From an uncultured Actinomycetota bacterium (GTDB lineage Bacteria; Actinomycetota; Actinomycetes; JAHEKZ01): a stretch of DNA of 64,000 nucleotides. A program made the position numbers and the translations under genes. This document shows, piece by piece, positions 1-10,053 of this stretch. The DNA is taken from contig CAVURN010000002.1 of NCBI GenBank assembly GCA_963743915.1, positions 192,001-256,000 of the forward strand, read 5' to 3'. The notes beneath the pieces were generated by a model. It was not told the DNA's origin. It saw nothing but the letters and a program-made list of their open reading frames with translations, and did no database searches. Each line of letters opens with the position of its first letter. The stretch's first letter is position 1.

Positions 1-679
1 ACCCGACGAGGGCGATGACGATGAAGAGCCACCACTGGATGGCGTAGAACAGGTTCGGACCCCAGCCGCTCGAAGGTGGCTCGGGGAGCTCGAGCGCCGG
101 ATCGGGCGTCGGCTGCTGGTCGACGAGCTCGCCGTACGCGTCGTACACCGGCGCGGGCAGGCCCACAGCGATCGACGAGGGGGTCACCTCGTACACCTGC
201 CCCTCGGGCGCGGTCCGGTCCGAGGCCTCGTCGGGGGCCCGTAGCCGGGCTGTCACGGTGACCGGGCCCGTCGGCGGGGTCACGTCCTCGGCGGGACGCG
301 TGGCGTCGACCGGGTTGGCGGGGACGAACCCGCGCTCCACCAGGAAGGTCCCCCCCTCGTCGAGAACCAAGGGGGTCAGGATCGCGTAGCCGGACCGGCC
401 GTCCGGGTTGCGCTGCAGCACCTGGCCCTCGGCGCTGTACCTGCCGGAGGCGGTGACGGTGCGGTACTCCGCGCCGGGAGGGAGCCTTGCCGGGTCGGTC
501 ACCAGCGACGGCAGTGGTGTGGCGGCAGCAGCCAGCGCGGCGTCCATGGCCTCGTTCCGGGCCGTGCGCTCCTCCCACCGCCCCCACTGCCAGGTGCCCA
601 ACCACCAGAAGAGCACCGACATCAGGACCGTCACGGCGGCGAGCGCGAGCCAACGGGGCTGCCGGAGCGTCGCGATCAC
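1..679 (-). CDS. SURF1 family membrane protein (3' end runs off window)
   Basis: Manual translation from GTG at 679: MIATLRQPRWLALAAV...LGTWQWGR (SURF1 N-terminal LGxWQxxR), FLVERGFV, and NLFYAIQWW near the window start. Not in the ORF track because there is no stop. Confidence 0.8.
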   Translation of the reverse strand, partial: MIATLRQPRWLALAAVTVLMSVLFWWLGTWQWGRWEERTARNEAMDAALAAAATPLPSLVTDPARLPPGAEYRTVTASGRYSAEGQVLQRNPDGRSGYAILTPLVLDEGGTFLVERGFVPANPVDATRPAEDVTPPTGPVTVTARLRAPDEASDRTAPEGQVYEVTPSSIAVGLPAPVYDAYGELVDQQPTPDPALELPEPPSSGWGPNLFYAIQWWLFIVIALVG

Positions 680-685
680 CTCACG

Positions 686-695
686 ACGGTAGCCT
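686..695. promoter_or_regulatory. Overlapping divergent -10 elements (TACCGT on minus, TAGCCT on plus) for leaderless SURF1 and moaA
   Basis: Each hexamer sits exactly 6 nt upstream of its start codon (679 and 702); the two share TA at 690-691. Confidence 0.6.
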
Positions 696-701
696 GAGGA
701 C

Positions 702-1697
702 ATGTTGGCGGACTCGTTCGGTCGGGTGGCCACCGACCTGCGGGTGTCGGTGACCGACAAGTGCAACCTGCGCTGCACCTACTGCATGCCTCCCGAAGGC
801 CTCGACTGGATCCCCAACGACGAGCTGCTGTCCGCTGACGAGATCGTCCGGCTGGTCCGGATCGCGGTCGACCAGGGCGTCCAGGAGGTGCGGTTCACGG
901 GCGGTGAGCCCCTCGTGCGCAAGGACCTCGAGCAGATCATCGCGGGTGTCGCGGGCCTGCCCGACCCACCCTCGCTCTCGCTCACCACGAACGGAATCGG
1001 GCTCGACGCCCGCGCGGTCAGCCTGAAGGAGGCCGGACTCACCCGGATCAACGTCTCTCTCGACACCCTGGACCGGGAGCGGTTCATCACCCTCACCCGG
1101 CGGGACCGGCTGGACGCGGTGCTCGCGGGGATCCAGGCGGCGAAAGAGGCGGGTCTGCACCCCGTCAAGGTGAACACCGTGCTGATGCGCGACGTCAATG
1201 ACGACGAGGCGGTCGACCTGGTCACCTGGGCTCTCGACCACGGGCTGATGCTCCGCTTCATCGAGCAGATGCCCCTCGACGCTCAGCACGCGTGGAGCCG
1301 CACGGAGATGATCGCGGCCGACGAGATCCTCACCCAGCTGCGCGCGCACTTCACGCTGCAACCCGCTCCGGCACCGCGGGGGAGCGAACCCGCCGAGACC
1401 TGGGAGGTGCTCGACGAAGCCGGCCGGCCGCGCGGCACGGTGGGCGTGATCGGTTCGGTCACCCGACCCTTCTGTGCCGCCTGCGACCGGGTCCGGCTGA
1501 CGAGCGACGGCCAGCTGCGCAACTGCCTGTTCGCCAGCACCGAGACCGATCTGCGCGGACCGATGCGCTCGGGCGCCGACGACGCCACGCTGGTCGGACT
1601 GATGCAGACCTGCCTGGCCGCGAAGAAGGCCGGCCACGGGATCGACGAGCCGACATTCCTGCCGCCGCCCCGACCGATGTCAGCGATCGGTGGCTGA
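702..1697 (+). CDS. moaA: GTP 3',8-cyclase MoaA
   Basis: Radical SAM motif CNLRCTYC, C-terminal FCAACDRVR...C cluster, ends MSAIGG. Confidence 0.97.
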   Translation: MLADSFGRVATDLRVSVTDKCNLRCTYCMPPEGLDWIPNDELLSADEIVRLVRIAVDQGVQEVRFTGGEPLVRKDLEQIIAGVAGLPDPPSLSLTTNGIGLDARAVSLKEAGLTRINVSLDTLDRERFITLTRRDRLDAVLAGIQAAKEAGLHPVKVNTVLMRDVNDDEAVDLVTWALDHGLMLRFIEQMPLDAQHAWSRTEMIAADEILTQLRAHFTLQPAPAPRGSEPAETWEVLDEAGRPRGTVGVIGSVTRPFCAACDRVRLTSDGQLRNCLFASTETDLRGPMRSGADDATLVGLMQTCLAAKKAGHGIDEPTFLPPPRPMSAIGG

Positions 1698-2024
1698 CGG
1701 TCCCTGGGACGGTGGCGCCGGCAGCTCACGCTCGCCGAAGGGCCTGAGCGCATCCGGCATCTCGGGGGCCGGCTCCCTTCCTCCGTTGGCGAACACGACT
1801 GCGACGTACGGGATGAGGAGCGCACCCGCGACGAAGAGCCAGCGCCACACACCGTCGGTCACCACGGCCAAAGCGAAGCAGACGATCCGGATGCTCATGG
1901 AGACCACGTAGCCCCGCACGCGCGCGGCCTGGTCGTCGGCGATGCTCTTGCGTGCGGTCGTGATGCGGTAGGCGGGGCTGCTGGCGGTCCGGCTGCCGGG
2001 GCGCGCCCCCTTGATGAGACTCAT
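1680..2024 (-). CDS. DUF3099 family membrane protein
   Basis: RIT.AR...D...R...Y..SM.IR..CF and LIPYVAVVFAN pattern; usual neighbour of moaA in Actinobacteria. Confidence 0.8.
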   Translation of the reverse strand: MSLIKGARPGSRTASSPAYRITTARKSIADDQAARVRGYVVSMSIRIVCFALAVVTDGVWRWLFVAGALLIPYVAVVFANGGREPAPEMPDALRPFGERELPAPPSQGPSATDR

Positions 2025-2150
2025 CGGGGGTCCTCCTCGCTGCCACGGTACGCCCCGCCCACCCCGCCCGCCATTCCGAGCGTTCGGTCGACCCTCGCGC
2101 TTGCCTGACCAGGGTGAAGTGCTGAAGGTTGGGCACGGAGGAGCACTCTC

Positions 2151-2552
2151 ATGGACAAGTCACGCAAGCCGATGTCCAGCAAGAGGCCGCCGGTGGCGGC
2201 GGACACGCACGCCGACATCGACGCCTGGATCCGGCGGGTGATGCCGGACCTGCATCCTCTCGTGACGCAGCTGGACGAAGCGATCCGCGAGGCAATTCCG
2301 GGACTCCACTACGCCGTCAAGTGGAAGAAGGCGTACTACGGCCTGCCCGAGCTCGGATGGATCATCGAGATGGTCGCCTACGACGTCTCCGTCAATGTCG
2401 TGTTCCTCGGCGGCGCGGCCTTCAAACCTCCACCGCCCTTGGGGGAGGCGGAGCAGGCCCGCTACGTCAAGATCAGGACTCTGGAGGAGGCACAGAGACC
2501 GGAGATCCGCACCTGGATCGAGCAGGCGGGACGTGTGCCGGGGTGGAGGTAG
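2151..2552 (+). CDS. DUF1801 (YdhG-like) domain protein
   Basis: IDAWI...IREAIPGLHYAVKW..AYYG pattern; GGAGGAG RBS upstream. Confidence 0.7.
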   Translation: MDKSRKPMSSKRPPVAADTHADIDAWIRRVMPDLHPLVTQLDEAIREAIPGLHYAVKWKKAYYGLPELGWIIEMVAYDVSVNVVFLGGAAFKPPPPLGEAEQARYVKIRTLEEAQRPEIRTWIEQAGRVPGWR

Positions 2553-2631
2553 GACCGCTCGCGAGAAGTTGGCAAGATCACAGTGCCCAGACCGCGACCT
2601 GTGCGCGGGCACACCGACCCGAGGAGGCCTC

Positions 2632-2844
2632 GTGGCCAACCGCACGTACCGGATGACCGAGATCGTGGGAACGTCGACCGAGAGCATGGAGGACGCCGTC
2701 CGTAACGGCGTCTCCCGGGCCTCACAGACCCTGCGGCACCTGGACTGGTTCGAGATCACCGAGGTCCGAGGGCAGATCGACGGGGGTGACGTCCGCCACT
2801 GGCAGGTGGGGATGAAGATCGGCTTCCGGCTCGAGGACTCCTGA
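2632..2844 (+). CDS. Dodecin (flavin-binding)
   Basis: GTG after GAGGAGG RBS; TYRMTEIVGTS...WFEITEVRG...WQVGMKIGFRLE, 70 aa. Confidence 0.93.
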   Translation: MANRTYRMTEIVGTSTESMEDAVRNGVSRASQTLRHLDWFEITEVRGQIDGGDVRHWQVGMKIGFRLEDS

Positions 2845-2852
2845 GCCTGTGG

Positions 2853-4232
2853 TCACGACGCCTGGCTGACCGTCGACATGTTGAAGTCGTGGATCCGCAA
2901 GGGGGGCATGGCGACCCTGGTGAAGAAGTCGCTCCACTCGCGGGGGAGTGACACCTCGGTGGCCCCGGCCCCCGTGACGCGCGACAGCAGGTCGACCGGG
3001 CTCTCGTTGAACCGGAAGTTGTTCACCGCACCGACGACCTCTCCGCCCTCGACGAGATAGACACCGTCGCGGGTGAGACCGGTCAGCAGCAGCGTCTGCG
3101 GATCGACCTCGCGGATGTACCACAGTGTGGTCAGCAGAAGTCCGCGCTCGGTGCCCCCGACGAGGTCGTCGAGCGAACCGGTGCCGCCGTCGACCTCGAG
3201 TGCGAGGTTGTCGACCATCGGGGTCATCGGTCCACCGGCGAGCGTGACGCTGTGCCGGGTCTGGCCGAGCGAGGTGAGGACACCGTGGTCCACCCACGCG
3301 GTGCGCTGCAGGGCCAGACCGTTGTCGAACACCGACTGCTCAGAGCTGGACGCGTGGGCGACGACGAACGGTGCGCACTCCATGCCGGGGTAGGCGGGGT
3401 CGCTGAGCAGCGTGAGCGGCACCTCGGTGAGGCGCTCACCGATCCTCGTCCCACCACCCGGTCTGGAGAAGACGGTGCGCCCCTCGGCGGCGTCACGCGC
3501 GGCGCCCGACCAGTACTGGTAGACGAGCAGGTCGGCGACCGCCGAGGGGGGCAGGACGACGTCGTAGCGTCCCGGGTCGAGAGCGAGCGTGCGCCTCGAC
3601 CACCCCAGTCGAGTGCGCACGTCGGCGTCGAGCCGGTCGACGTCGACGTCGGTGAAGTCGCGGGTGGAGAGCCCGACCCAGGTCGAGGACGTGCGCTGGT
3701 CCGCCTTGCCGGTGATCTCGACCCGACCCGTGGGTTGAACGTGTCGGAGCCGCAGTCCCGCGGAGTTGCCGAGGTACGTGGTGGTGACGTCGTGCTCGGC
3801 GAAGCCGAACAGCTCGATCTCCTGGGACCTGGCCCGTCCGAACCACTCGCCCAACGCGGGGGCGAACGCATCGAACACCGTCGGAGACGTCTCGTCCGGT
3901 GCCAGCTCGAACGCGTCGACGGCACCGCCGGGCACCAGGTCGTTCGCGTCCGGGGCCGGGGCGCTCGCGCGTGCTGACGACTCGGCTCGTGCCACCAGCG
4001 CGAGGACGTCGGCCGCGTCGGTCACGCTCGCGCTGGCCACCCCAGCAGCCTGGCCGTCCGGACGTGCGTCCACGGCGATCACGGTGAGGTCGCGGCTGTG
4101 CATGACACCGTTGGTCGTGAGCGTGTTGGCCGCCCATCGGAGGTTGGTCTGCGAGTGCTCCTGGCAGATGACCGTCATGGCGTCGACGGTCCTGGCCGCG
4201 AGGGCCGACTCGACGATCTCGTGAGCTCTCAT
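2853..4232 (-). CDS. TldE/PmbA-like metalloprotease partner subunit
   Basis: [13 protein letters not shown] and [16 protein letters not shown]; lacks HExxxH; coupled to tldD. Confidence 0.85.
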   Translation of the reverse strand: MRAHEIVESALAARTVDAMTVICQEHSQTNLRWAANTLTTNGVMHSRDLTVIAVDARPDGQAAGVASASVTDAADVLALVARAESSARASAPAPDANDLVPGGAVDAFELAPDETSPTVFDAFAPALGEWFGRARSQEIELFGFAEHDVTTTYLGNSAGLRLRHVQPTGRVEITGKADQRTSSTWVGLSTRDFTDVDVDRLDADVRTRLGWSRRTLALDPGRYDVVLPPSAVADLLVYQYWSGAARDAAEGRTVFSRPGGGTRIGERLTEVPLTLLSDPAYPGMECAPFVVAHASSSEQSVFDNGLALQRTAWVDHGVLTSLGQTRHSVTLAGGPMTPMVDNLALEVDGGTGSLDDLVGGTERGLLLTTLWYIREVDPQTLLLTGLTRDGVYLVEGGEVVGAVNNFRFNESPVDLLSRVTGAGATEVSLPREWSDFFTRVAMPPLRIHDFNMSTVSQAS

Positions 4233-5734
4233 CGGGCGCCCTCGTCTGCGGTGTTCAGGATGTTGACGGAGGTGAATCGCGCACTGGGCGCGCCGTGGCT
4301 CACCGGCGCCACCTGTCCTGGCTGCGCCTTGCCGCAGTTGAACGCTCCCGCCAGCAGGTAGGTCTGAGGGCCGCCGACGGCAGCCATCGAGCCCCAGAAG
4401 TCAGTCGTGGTCGCCTGGTACGCGACGTCCTTGACCTGTCCGGCAAGTCGGCCGGACTTGATCCGGAAGAAGCGCTGCCCCGTGAACTGGAAGTTGTAGC
4501 GCTGCATGTCGATCGACCAGCTCTTGTCGCCCACGACGTAGAGGCCGTCCTCGACTCCGGAGATGAGCTCGTCGGTCGACGGCCCTCCTGCAGCCGGCTG
4601 CAGGCTGACGTTGGCCATCCGTTGGATGGGCACGTGGCCAGGGGAGTCGGCGAAGGCGCAGCCGTTGGAGCGGTCGTAGCCGACCCGTGAGGCGATCCGA
4701 CGGTCGAGCTGGTACCCGACCAGGACGCCGTCCCGGATGATGTCGAACTGTTGCGCCGCCACACCCTCGTCGTCGTACCCCACGCTGGAGAGCCCGTGCT
4801 CGGCGGTGCGGTCACCGGTGACGTGCATGTGCTCGGAGCCGTACCGCAGGGTGCCGAGCTTGTCGGGTGTGGCGAAGGACATCCCCGCGTAGTTGGCCTC
4901 GTACCCGAGTGCTCGGTCCAGCTCGGTGGCGTGACCGATCGACTCGTGGATCGTCAGCCACAGGTTGGTCGGGTCGATCACCAGGTCGTAGCTCCCTGGT
5001 TCCACGCTGGGGGACCGGAGCTTCTCGACCAGCCACCCCGGCAGCTGGGCGAGCTCGGTGTCCCAGTCCCACCCGGTTCCCCCGAGGTACTCCCATCCCC
5101 GTCCGACCGGCGGTGCGACGGTGCTCATCGTCTCGAAGGCACCACTGGCCGCGTCGATGGCAACGGCAGTGAGCTCGGGGTGCAGTCGGACGCGCTGCTG
5201 CGTCGTCACGGTACCCGCGAGGTCGGCGTAGTACTTGTTCTCCTTGACAGCGAGCAGTGAGGCGTCCACGTGGTCGACACCGTCGGCATCGAGGAGGCGC
5301 CGGCTCCAGTCCTGGAGCACCGCCACCTTCGACTCGACGGGCACCGTCCACGGATCGATCTCGTACGCGGAGACCCAGGTGGCCGCGGCGTGCACGGGCT
5401 CGGGCGACAGGTCGACCGGCTCGGTGTTCACCGGCGCACTGACCCGGGCGAGGTCGATCGCCTTCCGAGCGGTGCGGGCCGCCGCATCGGGGGTGCGCTC
5501 GAGGTCAGCGGCGAAGCCCCAGGTGCCGTCCACGACGACGCGCACCGAGTAGCCGACGTCCTCGCTGTCGTTGGTCCCCTCGACCTCAGCGTCGCGGAGC
5601 CTGATCGAGGAGCCGAGGATCCGTTCCATGCGGAAGGCCGCGTAGGACGCGCCTCCGTCGCGGGCCGCCTGGAGCGCGGCATCGGCGAGAGCTGCGAGGG
5701 GCAGGGTCAAGAACTCGTCGTCGATCCCGGTCAC
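4229..5734 (-). CDS. tldD: TldD metalloprotease
   Basis: HESIGH Zn motif and CGKAQPGQ...SHG at the C-terminus; start placed at GTG 5734 (ORF track gives 5770). Confidence 0.9.
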   Translation of the reverse strand: MTGIDDEFLTLPLAALADAALQAARDGGASYAAFRMERILGSSIRLRDAEVEGTNDSEDVGYSVRVVVDGTWGFAADLERTPDAAARTARKAIDLARVSAPVNTEPVDLSPEPVHAAATWVSAYEIDPWTVPVESKVAVLQDWSRRLLDADGVDHVDASLLAVKENKYYADLAGTVTTQQRVRLHPELTAVAIDAASGAFETMSTVAPPVGRGWEYLGGTGWDWDTELAQLPGWLVEKLRSPSVEPGSYDLVIDPTNLWLTIHESIGHATELDRALGYEANYAGMSFATPDKLGTLRYGSEHMHVTGDRTAEHGLSSVGYDDEGVAAQQFDIIRDGVLVGYQLDRRIASRVGYDRSNGCAFADSPGHVPIQRMANVSLQPAAGGPSTDELISGVEDGLYVVGDKSWSIDMQRYNFQFTGQRFFRIKSGRLAGQVKDVAYQATTTDFWGSMAAVGGPQTYLLAGAFNCGKAQPGQVAPVSHGAPSARFTSVNILNTADEGAR

Positions 5735-5907
5735 CAGGCCTCCTGTCGGTGGGCCGGAGGGGCCGGCCACGGCCTTCTGAACCTACCTGCCCGGGTCGCC
5801 GTTGTCGGTAGCCCGATAGCGTTTCGTCGGCCGTTCCGGCGGCTGTCGTCGACGCAGGGTCGGCGGCCCGATCCCGGAGGATGCACGCCGGGCCACGGAC
5901 GGGAGTG

Positions 5908-6616
5908 ATGGTGGCGCGATCGGTGCTCATCACAGGCGGCAACCGAGGGATCGGCTGGGAGATCGCCCAGGCCTTCGCTCGAGCTCGGTGACCACGTGGC
6001 CATCACCTACCGGTCGGGGGAGCCGCCGGCCGGTGTCTTCGCGGTGCAGGCGGATGTCACCGACCCGGAGTCCCTCGATGCGGCGTTCGCCGCGGTCGAG
6101 GAGCACCAAGGCCCGGTCGAGGTGCTGGTGGCCAACGCCGGCATCACCCGCGACACCCTGCTGCTGCGGATGACCGACGAGGACTTCGACGCCGTGCTCC
6201 AGACGAACCTGGTCGGTGCCTATCGCGTGGCGCGACGCGCGAGCAAGGGCATGCTGCGTCTGCGGCGCGGACGCCTGATCTTCATCTCGTCGGTGGTCGC
6301 GACCCTGGGCTCCGCCGGGCAGACCAACTACGCGGCCGCGAAGGCCGGTCTGATCGGCTTCGCCCGCTCGACGGCGCGTGAGCTCGGTTCGCGGGGGATC
6401 ACCGCCAACGTCGTGGCGCCGGGGTTCGTCGAGACGGACATGACCAACGAGCTCGCCGAGACCCGCAAGGACCAGATCCTCGGTCAGATCCCGCTGGGCC
6501 GGTTCGCCTCCCCCCGCGAGGTGGCGGAGGTGGTCACGTTCCTGGCCGGGGACGGCGGCGCGTACATCACCGGTGCGGTGGTCCCGGTCGACGGCGGCCT
6601 GGGCATGGGCCACTGA
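5908..6616 (+). CDS. fabG: 3-oxoacyl-ACP reductase FabG (apparent frameshift near 5980)
   Basis: ATG 5908 gives MVARSVLITGGNRGIG; continues in the 5996 frame with NAGIT and YAAAK, ending GGLGMGH; adjacent to fabI. Confidence 0.92.
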
Positions 6617-6686
6617 TCCGGGAGCCGCGGCCCCCTAGGCTGCGGCCCTACGATCACTCCACCCCTCTACCGCTCAGGAGTTCGAC

Positions 6687-7454
6687 ATGACGTTGCTCGC
6701 GGGCAAGCGGGTGCTGGTCACGGGCGTGCTCACCGAGGCCTCGATCGCCTTCCACGTCGCCCGGCTGGCCCAGGAGCAGGGAGCCACGGTGGTGCTCAGC
6801 TCGCAGGCGCGCACCCTGCGACTTGTGGAGCGGATCGCCAGGCGGCTGCCGACCGAGGCGCCCGTCGTGGAGCTCGATGTGACCTCCGAGGACGACCTCG
6901 CCGCGTTGTCCTCCCGGGTCGGGGCCCACGTCGATGCCCTCGACGGCGTGCTGCACTCGATCGGCTTCGCGCCCGAGAGCGCACTGGGGGGCAACTTCCT
7001 GCACACCGACTGGCCGGACGTCGCCGTCGCACTGCAGATCTCGGCGTTCTCGCTGAAGTCGCTGACCGTGGCCTGCCGTCCCCTGATGGCGCCGAAGGCC
7101 GCCGTCGTGGGGCTGACGTTCGACGCCACCGTCGCCTGGCCGACCTACGACTGGATGGGCGTGGCCAAGGCGGCTTTCGAGTCCACCGCGCGCTACCTCG
7201 CCCGTGACCTCGGCAGCTCGGGAGTGCGGGTCAACCTGGTCGCCGCGGGACCGATCCGCACCATGGCCGCCAAGAGCATCCCGGGGTTCGAGCAGTTCGA
7301 GGCGATGTGGCAGAACCGGGCACCGCTGGGCTGGGACGTCAACGACCCGGTGCCGGCAGCGCAGGCCGCCGTGGCGCTGCTCTCCGACTGGTTCCCCGCC
7401 ACCAGCGGCGAGATCGTGCACGTCGACGGTGGTGTCCACGCGATCGGTGGCTGA
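6687..7454 (+). CDS. fabI: Enoyl-ACP reductase FabI/InhA
   Basis: VTGVLTEASIAF, YDWMGVAK, AGPIRT. Confidence 0.95.
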   Translation: MTLLAGKRVLVTGVLTEASIAFHVARLAQEQGATVVLSSQARTLRLVERIARRLPTEAPVVELDVTSEDDLAALSSRVGAHVDALDGVLHSIGFAPESALGGNFLHTDWPDVAVALQISAFSLKSLTVACRPLMAPKAAVVGLTFDATVAWPTYDWMGVAKAAFESTARYLARDLGSSGVRVNLVAAGPIRTMAAKSIPGFEQFEAMWQNRAPLGWDVNDPVPAAQAAVALLSDWFPATSGEIVHVDGGVHAIGG

Positions 7455-7457
7455 CCG

Positions 7458-7928
7458 GTGCCGACCCTCGTGATGCTGCGGCACGCCAAGTCCGCCTACC
7501 CGGAGGGTGTCGATGACCACGACCGACCGCTGAACGCCAGAGGCGAGCGCGACGCCCGACGCGCGGGGGAGCTGCTCGCCGAGTCGTACTCCTTCGACCG
7601 CGTCCTGGTCTCGACGGCGGTGCGGGCGCAGCAGACGTGGCAGCTGGTGGGCCGAGCGTTCTCGGTGACGACGGCAGAGAGCCTGCCGGCGTTGTACCTG
7701 GCGACCCGCGGCGAGCTGCTCGACATCGTCAGGCAGCTGCCCACTGACTGTGGCACCGCCCTGCTGGTGGGCCACAACGAGGGCATGGAGGAGTGCGTCT
7801 CCGCGCTCTGCGGTGAGCGGACGGTGCTCAAGACCGCCACCTTCGCGGCGCTGGCCGGCCCACTGGCCTGGAGGCAGTGGGACTGGGGCAACGCCCGCCT
7901 GGAGGTCACGGTGGTCGCCCGCGGGTGA
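7458..7928 (+). CDS. SixA-like histidine phosphatase
   Basis: RHAKS, DHDRPL, STAVRA, LLVGHN. Confidence 0.88.
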   Translation: MPTLVMLRHAKSAYPEGVDDHDRPLNARGERDARRAGELLAESYSFDRVLVSTAVRAQQTWQLVGRAFSVTTAESLPALYLATRGELLDIVRQLPTDCGTALLVGHNEGMEECVSALCGERTVLKTATFAALAGPLAWRQWDWGNARLEVTVVARG

Positions 7929-7934
7929 CGCCGC

Positions 7935-9206
7935 TCAGTCGTCGGCGTGCTCGACCTCCGCGCGGCTGATGCCGAGCAGGAACAGGATGCTGTCGAGGTA
8001 GGGCACGTTCACCGCGGTGTCGGCGGCCTGGCGGACCATCGGCTTGGCGTTGAACGCGATCCCCAGCCCTGCCGTCTCGAGCATGTCGAGGTCGTTGGCC
8101 CCGTCACCGATGGCCACGGTCTGCGCGAGCGGCACCCCGGAGCTGCGAGCGAAGAAGCGCAGGGCGTGCGCCTTGGCCGCACGATCGACGATCGGGTCGA
8201 CGACCTCGCCGGTGAGGCGTCCGTCGCGCACCTGGAGTGTGTTGGCGAGGCTGAAGTCGAGCTCGAGCTCGTGGGCGAGTCGGTCGGTCACCACGTCGAA
8301 GCCACCGCTGACGATGCCGCACTGGTAACCCAGCCGCTTCAGCGTGCGGATGAGTGTCCGGGCCCCGGGTGTGAGCTCGACGTCGTCGGCGACCTGGTGG
8401 AGAGCGGCGGCGTCAAGGCCGGCCATCAGTCTGACCCGGCGCCGCAGTGACTCGGCGAAGTCGATCTCCCCGCGCATGGCAGCGCGGGTGATCTCGGCAA
8501 CCTCCTGCTCGCAGCCTGCATGCGCCGCCAGCATCTCGATCACCTCGCCCTGGATCAGGGTCGAGTCGACGTCCATGACGACCAGGCGCTTGGCCCGGCG
8601 GTGCAGCCCGGCAGGCTGCACGGCCACGTCGACACCGGCGGTAGCAGCCTCGGTCGTGAGCTGGGAGCGGAGCACCTGCTGCTCGGCGCCGGACACCTGC
8701 AGCTCCAGGGCGGTCACGGGGTACGCCGCCAGCCGCTGGATGGTGTCGATGTTGCCCCCACAGGCGGCAATGGTGCGGGCCACGGTGGCGACGGCGTCCG
8801 GGCGCAGGGGGGACCCGAGCACCGTCACATGGGTGCGCTCGGAAGGGGGAGCGGAGTCCTGCGCCGGTCGTCGCTCGTAGGCAAGGGTGAGCCCCCCACC
8901 GAGCTGTTCGACCACCTGCGTCGCCGTCGACTCGATCGCGTGCAAGGTCGCCTCGACGTCCGTGGTGACGTCGTGGTGCTGGTGCGGGTCGGGGAAGACC
9001 AGCGAGGCGAGGATCAGCTGCCCGCTCGTGACCACCTGCTCGACGTCCAGGACCAGGATCGGAAGGGTGGCCAGGCCCGAGAAGAAGGCTCGGCTGACGC
9101 CGGGCCGGTCCGGTCCGGAGATCGTGAGCAGGACCGCGGTGCCGGAGACCGTGACGTCAGTGGGGACCGGCGGGGCGTGCGGAGACGTCAGGTGCAGGTC
9201 ACTCAT
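7935..9206 (-). CDS. serB: Phosphoserine phosphatase SerB (two ACT domains + HAD)
   Basis: GPDRPG ACT motif, MDVDSTL, SGGF, GDGAND, FNAKP. Confidence 0.95.
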   Translation of the reverse strand: MSDLHLTSPHAPPVPTDVTVSGTAVLLTISGPDRPGVSRAFFSGLATLPILVLDVEQVVTSGQLILASLVFPDPHQHHDVTTDVEATLHAIESTATQVVEQLGGGLTLAYERRPAQDSAPPSERTHVTVLGSPLRPDAVATVARTIAACGGNIDTIQRLAAYPVTALELQVSGAEQQVLRSQLTTEAATAGVDVAVQPAGLHRRAKRLVVMDVDSTLIQGEVIEMLAAHAGCEQEVAEITRAAMRGEIDFAESLRRRVRLMAGLDAAALHQVADDVELTPGARTLIRTLKRLGYQCGIVSGGFDVVTDRLAHELELDFSLANTLQVRDGRLTGEVVDPIVDRAAKAHALRFFARSSGVPLAQTVAIGDGANDLDMLETAGLGIAFNAKPMVRQAADTAVNVPYLDSILFLLGISRAEVEHADD

Positions 9207-9234
9207 GGCCCGTCCACGCTACCGAGCGGGAGCA

Positions 9235-9990
9235 TCACCGCCATGGTCGGGCGGCTGCTCCACCGCGCAGCCCCTCGTTCCAGGCCACGGCGTGCGCGGC
9301 ACGGGCGGCGCGGACGAGCTCCCGGAGGACCGTGGCACGGGCGACAGTCTCCGCAGACGTACGACTGCCTCCGGCGTCCTGCAGGGCGAGCTCGGCCAGC
9401 TGGAGCAGACGCAGGCTGCGCGTGGCCAAGCGGTCCGCGCGCTCGGGCCAGCCCGGCGGTGTCGGATCGGCTCCGTGCCACGAGGTCAGCAGGCCTTCGA
9501 CCTCGCTCCGCCAGTCGGCGACCTCCAGCGCACCCAGCTGCTCGATGCTCGTGGTGACCGCCTCGAGGAGCAGGCGCTCGGCCTCCGACACGGTGTCCGC
9601 CGGAGCGGAACCGGTCCCGTCGGTGTCGAGGGTGATCCAGGTCAGCGTGTCCTCACCCCGCAGGGGCACCATGCCGACCCTCGGGCCGGCGGTGGCCACG
9701 AGCGCCACCCCTGCCTCCAGGGCGCGTGCGGCGAACCGGGAGGGCCCGGGCAGCGAAGGTCCGTCGCCGGGAGCCACGGGGACGTAGCGCCAGCCAGGGA
9801 TCCCGGACGAGCGCCAGCGCCCGAGGGCGGTGAGAAAGGGAGAGGGGTCGGACTCCTCGTCGAGGAACACGACGCGCAGGCGGTCGGATTCCAGGACGTC
9901 CATCGCACGTTCCGCCGACACCTCACCGCGCAGGGCAGCCGAGGACCAGGCGGCCAGCATCGCAGCGTGACGGAGGGTGGGGATGTGCAC
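9235..9990 (-). CDS. Conserved actinobacterial hypothetical protein
   Basis: Protein-like C-terminal part of the 733-aa ORF (LAAW..AALRG..., PVAPGD..LPGP..F..RALEAG); TACCGT -10 six nt before GTG 9990. Confidence 0.65.
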   Translation of the reverse strand: MHIPTLRHAAMLAAWSSAALRGEVSAERAMDVLESDRLRVVFLDEESDPSPFLTALGRWRSSGIPGWRYVPVAPGDGPSLPGPSRFAARALEAGVALVATAGPRVGMVPLRGEDTLTWITLDTDGTGSAPADTVSEAERLLLEAVTTSIEQLGALEVADWRSEVEGLLTSWHGADPTPPGWPERADRLATRSLRLLQLAELALQDAGGSRTSAETVARATVLRELVRAARAAHAVAWNEGLRGGAAARPWR

Positions 9991-10053
9991 GACGCCACGG
10001 TACGACGGGCCGCGCGTCCGCCCTCCCGGCGGAGGTCGGCATAGGTTGGACCC

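Noticed and set aside
2853-5734. TldD/TldE as part of a RiPP cluster
   Set aside because: No precursor peptide or modification enzymes nearby; position next to fabG/fabI is ordinary actinobacterial synteny.
5803-5822. TGTCGG-N8-TAGCGT as a second PafBC site
   Set aside because: The spacer is 8 rather than 10 nt and it points toward fabG; not fully excludable given indel noise.
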